From Deltaproteobacteria bacterium (GTDB lineage Bacteria > Myxococcota_A > UBA9042 > PHBI01): a stretch of DNA of 61,029 nt. This document shows, piece by piece, positions 58,180 to 61,029 of this stretch. Position numbers and translations under genes: made by a program. Where the stretch lies: the NCBI GenBank assembly GCA_006226565.1, contig SBGO01000027.1:1-61029 (forward strand). Reading direction: 5' to 3'. Within the stretch, counting starts at the first letter, position 1. Each line of letters begins with the position of its first letter. The notes beneath the pieces are model-generated. The model worked only from the letters and a program-made list of their open reading frames with translations. It did no database searches and was not told the DNA's origin.

Positions 58180-59709
58180 CTACTCGACGGTCAGCTCGAG
58201 GAGCGAGAGGTAGGCGTAGTCGCCCTCGGCGATGGCGACGTCGACGAAGACGTGGCCCCAGGCGTCGGGACGGACGCCGGTGAACGCCGCGACGCTGTCG
58301 TCGTTGGTGGTCGCGCCGGCGGCCCCGGCCCCGCTCCCCGAGGTCTGGAGGGTCGCGCTGGCGGTCTCCGCGCCGGTGACGGTGTAGCGCGTCTTGCGGG
58401 TGGCGGCGTCGTCCCGGGCGGCGAAGAGGCGCAGGGTGTAGGTCCGCACGGGGTCGAGGCCGCGGAGGAAGAGGGCGCCGGGGTTGTCGGGGCCGTCGAC
58501 GTAGAAGAAGTCGCCGGTGGCGCTGCCCACGGCCAGGTCGCCGAGGAGCGCCCCGTCCGGCCACAGGAGCCCGCCGTTTCGGCGCCCGTTGACGAGGAAG
58601 CCGCCCGCGACGACGAGGTCGATGCCGGTCGCGTCGCCGGCGGTGGTGACGAGGTCGACGCGCTGCTCGCCGGGCAGCACGTGGGCGCCGCCGGGCAGGG
58701 TGTGCCAGTTGTTCCAGTGCTGCCCGAGGTAGTCGGGGGAGGGCGAGGCCTCGCCGTCGTCGTCGTCGATGGGGCCGAGGTCCACGAGCACGCGGGCGCC
58801 GGACGCCACGGCCGGGGACGGGGCGTCCGCGGCCGGTCGAGGGCTGACCGCGGCCTCGACCGCGGGGCGGAGGACGCTGTCCCAGAGGGCGTAGCCGCTC
58901 GCGCTGAGGTGGAGGCCGTCGGCGACGAAGAGGTCGGCCGGGGGCGGCTCGCCGAGGGCGAGGAAGGGGGGCGCGACGTCGACGAAGACGAGGCCGGGGT
59001 CGCCGGCGGCGAGGGCCGCCGCGGCGTCGTTGAGGGCCCTGGAGCGGCTCCAGTCGTCCCAGCGGGCGGGGTTCGGGGTGACGCCGACGAAGAGGACCGG
59101 CAGCTCCCAGCCGAGCGCGTCCCCGATCCGCCAGCGGAGGCAGCGCAGGCGCTCGACCACCACGTCGACCGCCACCCCGGCGCTGAGGTCGTTGGTCCCG
59201 GCGTAGACGACGACCGCGCGCGGCGCGTGCCGGACGATGAGCTTGTCGGCGTAGCGCGCGACCTCGGCGAGCTGGGCGCCGCCGAACCCGCGCTGGAGCG
59301 GCGCGTAGTCGGTGTAGGCCGCGGCCAGCCCCTCCCAGCGGCGGATGGAGGAGCTGCCGGTGAAGACGACCGGGTCCTCGGGCCAGCCGCCGAGGCCGTC
59401 CTGGTAGTTCCAGGTGAGGAGGTCGCCGCCGAAGACCGGCGCGAAGGCGTTCACCTCGTCGCAGGGCTCGGGGCCGGGGTCGAAGGTCGCGGTGTCGACG
59501 GACGCGGCGTCGGCGCCCGCGCTGTCTTGCGCGGCGCCGCTGTCGGGGGCGACGTCGGCGCCGGCGGTGTCGTCGGGCTCCGCGGCGTCGCTGGCGTCCG
59601 CCGGGCCGGCGCTGTCCACCTCCGCGGCGGGCGTGGTCGTCTCCCCGCCGCAGCCGCTGGCGAGCAGCGCGAGGGCGAGGGCCGTCGTGGCGAGGGTCTG
59701 ACGCTTCAT
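58180..59709 (-). CDS. SGNH/GDSL hydrolase lipoprotein with C-terminal beta-sandwich (CBM-like) domain
   Basis: LASGC lipobox; VFTGSSSIRRW, RGFGGA, YAGTND, DGLHL catalytic blocks. Confidence 0.85.
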   Translation of the reverse strand: MKRQTLATTALALALLASGCGGETTTPAAEVDSAGPADASDAAEPDDTAGADVAPDSGAAQDSAGADAASVDTATFDPGPEPCDEVNAFAPVFGGDLLTWNYQDGLGGWPEDPVVFTGSSSIRRWEGLAAAYTDYAPLQRGFGGAQLAEVARYADKLIVRHAPRAVVVYAGTNDLSAGVAVDVVVERLRCLRWRIGDALGWELPVLFVGVTPNPARWDDWSRSRALNDAAAALAAGDPGLVFVDVAPPFLALGEPPPADLFVADGLHLSASGYALWDSVLRPAVEAAVSPRPAADAPSPAVASGARVLVDLGPIDDDDGEASPSPDYLGQHWNNWHTLPGGAHVLPGEQRVDLVTTAGDATGIDLVVAGGFLVNGRRNGGLLWPDGALLGDLAVGSATGDFFYVDGPDNPGALFLRGLDPVRTYTLRLFAARDDAATRKTRYTVTGAETASATLQTSGSGAGAAGATTNDDSVAAFTGVRPDAWGHVFVDVAIAEGDYAYLSLLELTVE

Positions 59710-59743
59710 CGCCGCGGAGGATAGTGCGAGCCCGCCGCCGGCG

Positions 59744-60532
59744 TCAGCTCTTGGTGCAGTGGAGGGCGAAGAAGGCGCCTTGCGGGTCGATCCCCTGCGC
59801 GACGCGATCGCCGCCCGGGACCTCCATCGGGCCGTTCACGACCTGGCCGCCGGCCTCTCCGACCGCGGCGAGGGCGGCGTCGAGGTCGGGCACCCGCGCG
59901 TAGTAGGTCCAGCACGGGGGCATCCCCTCGGGGGCCTTCATCATGCCGCCGACGGTCTTGCCCGGCTCGGGCCCGAAGAGCTGGTAGACGCCCATCTCGC
60001 CCATGTCCATGGCGTCGGTCTTCACCCAGCCGAAGAGCTTGGCGTAGAAGGCGAAGGCCGCCTCGACGTCGCCGGTCATCAGCTCGTGCCACGAGAACTG
60101 GCCCATCCCCGGCATCTCCGGCCGGCCGCCGTCCTCGCTGAAGGACGCCGGCGTGAAGATCCCGAAGAACGCGCCGAAGGGGTCCGCCACGACGCCGAAG
60201 CGGCCGACCTCGGCCATGTCGATCGCCGGCATCAGGAGCCGGGCGCCGAGGGCGAGCGCCTCGGCGAGGGTGGCGTCGACGTCCTCGGCGCCGAGGTAGC
60301 CGAGCCAGTGCGGCGGGGCGCCCATCTCGCGGGCCCCCTCGGGGAGCACCATGCTGCCGCCGATCGGACCGAGCGGCGAGGTGAACATCTCGTAGGCGCC
60401 GCCGTCGGGCCCGGGGCCCTCCCAGGGGGTCAGCGTCCAGCCGACGACCCGGGTGTAGAAGGCCCTGGCGGCAGCCGGGTCCGGGGTCATCAGGTCGAAC
60501 CAGAGGAATCGCCCATGGTGCATCGCTGTCAT
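59744..60532 (-). CDS. VOC/glyoxalase family protein (two domains)
   Basis: FLWFDLMTPD...FY..VVGW, DPFGA; FSWHELMT...FY..LFGW, DPQGAFFAL. Confidence 0.92.
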   Translation of the reverse strand: MTAMHHGRFLWFDLMTPDPAAARAFYTRVVGWTLTPWEGPGPDGGAYEMFTSPLGPIGGSMVLPEGAREMGAPPHWLGYLGAEDVDATLAEALALGARLLMPAIDMAEVGRFGVVADPFGAFFGIFTPASFSEDGGRPEMPGMGQFSWHELMTGDVEAAFAFYAKLFGWVKTDAMDMGEMGVYQLFGPEPGKTVGGMMKAPEGMPPCWTYYARVPDLDAALAAVGEAGGQVVNGPMEVPGGDRVAQGIDPQGAFFALHCTKS

Positions 60533-60650
60533 CGTCGCCTCCTACGGCGCGCCGGAGCTCCGGCGCGCGCCACGACCGCGCGCGTCCGGAAGGTGCGGCC
60601 CGATTCGGCCACGGGGCAGGGGCGCCGTCAACCGGACCCGGGCGCCGCCC

Positions 60651-61029
60651 TCAGGCGTCGACGGCGGCGTCCACCGCGGCGTCGATGGCCGCCAGCACGT
60701 CTTCGCGGTGGTCGCGCCAGAGCCCCGGGGTGACCCGCAGGAGCGACCACCCGAGGCGCTGCCAGAAGAGGGGGACGTAGAGGTCGCGCGTGAGCGGATC
60801 GGCCTCGCGCAGGAACGCGCTGCAGTCGACGCCGACGCGGAAGGTGCGGTCCTCGTGGGTCGCCACGGCGAGGTCGAGGGAGAGCCGGCCGAGGCCGACG
60901 TCGCGCTTGAGGCGGTAGCCCCGGGCGGTGAGCTCGCGGGCGAGCGCGTCGCGCACCTTCAGGCCGGTGCGGTCGGTCCCGAGGAGCTGCCCGCCGCGCG
61001 CCGCCGTCACCCCGCGCCCACCGCCGAGC
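60651..61029 (-). CDS. C-terminal fragment of a larger protein: Vsr/DUF559-like restriction-endonuclease-fold domain
   Basis: Open frame runs off the window edge; GYRL.RDVG.G.L.LDLAV....GVDC......RD......LGW.LLRV....W pattern, typical of the tail of large SF1 helicase/AAA proteins. Confidence 0.65.
   Translation of the reverse strand, partial: LGGGRGVTAARGGQLLGTDRTGLKVRDALARELTARGYRLKRDVGLGRLSLDLAVATHEDRTFRVGVDCSAFLREADPLTRDLYVPLFWQRLGWSLLRVTPGLWRDHREDVLAAIDAAVDAAVDA

Overview
Very GC-rich (by eye roughly 70-75%) bacterial chromosomal segment, most likely a Myxococcota/deltaproteobacterial genome. This is inferred from the rho-rpmE-prfA gene order, sigma54 promoters, zinc-ribbon Ser/Thr kinases, and many Cys-rich lipoproteins with acidic linkers. 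About 52 genes are supported. Housekeeping genes are glpK, rho, rpmE (Zn-free type), prfA, yebC-ruvC-ruvA-ruvB, pfkA, ppdK, trmL, trmJ, thioredoxin, an aroF-like DAHP synthase, a MATE transporter, atoE and an aldehyde dehydrogenase. These are interspersed with lineage-specific exported proteins. No rRNA, tRNA, CRISPR array, transposase, integrase or reverse transcriptase was seen. The three strongest leads are: (1) a tightly coupled exbB-exbD-tonB operon with no TonB-dependent receptor, ending instead in two genes that each appear to encode half of a TolC-type channel protomer, one fused to a beta-propeller (19169-24013); (2) three paralogous lipoproteins sharing an unrecognised ~330-aa Cys-rich N-terminal domain with exchangeable C-terminal tips (fibrinogen-like, Ig-like, EGF, GON-like); (3) a ~160-nt intergenic rod-like hairpin whose eight wobble pairs all favour the minus strand (48855-49013). 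Other leads include a twice-occurring ~110-bp palindromic repeat, an orphan ParA with two zinc-finger repeats, a sigma54 promoter with phased repeats upstream of a comEA-like gene, a methyltransferase fused to two degenerate Nudix domains, and a pseudokinase. All family assignments are motif recognition by eye; no database search was run. Start codons inside long GC-driven ORFs were chosen manually.
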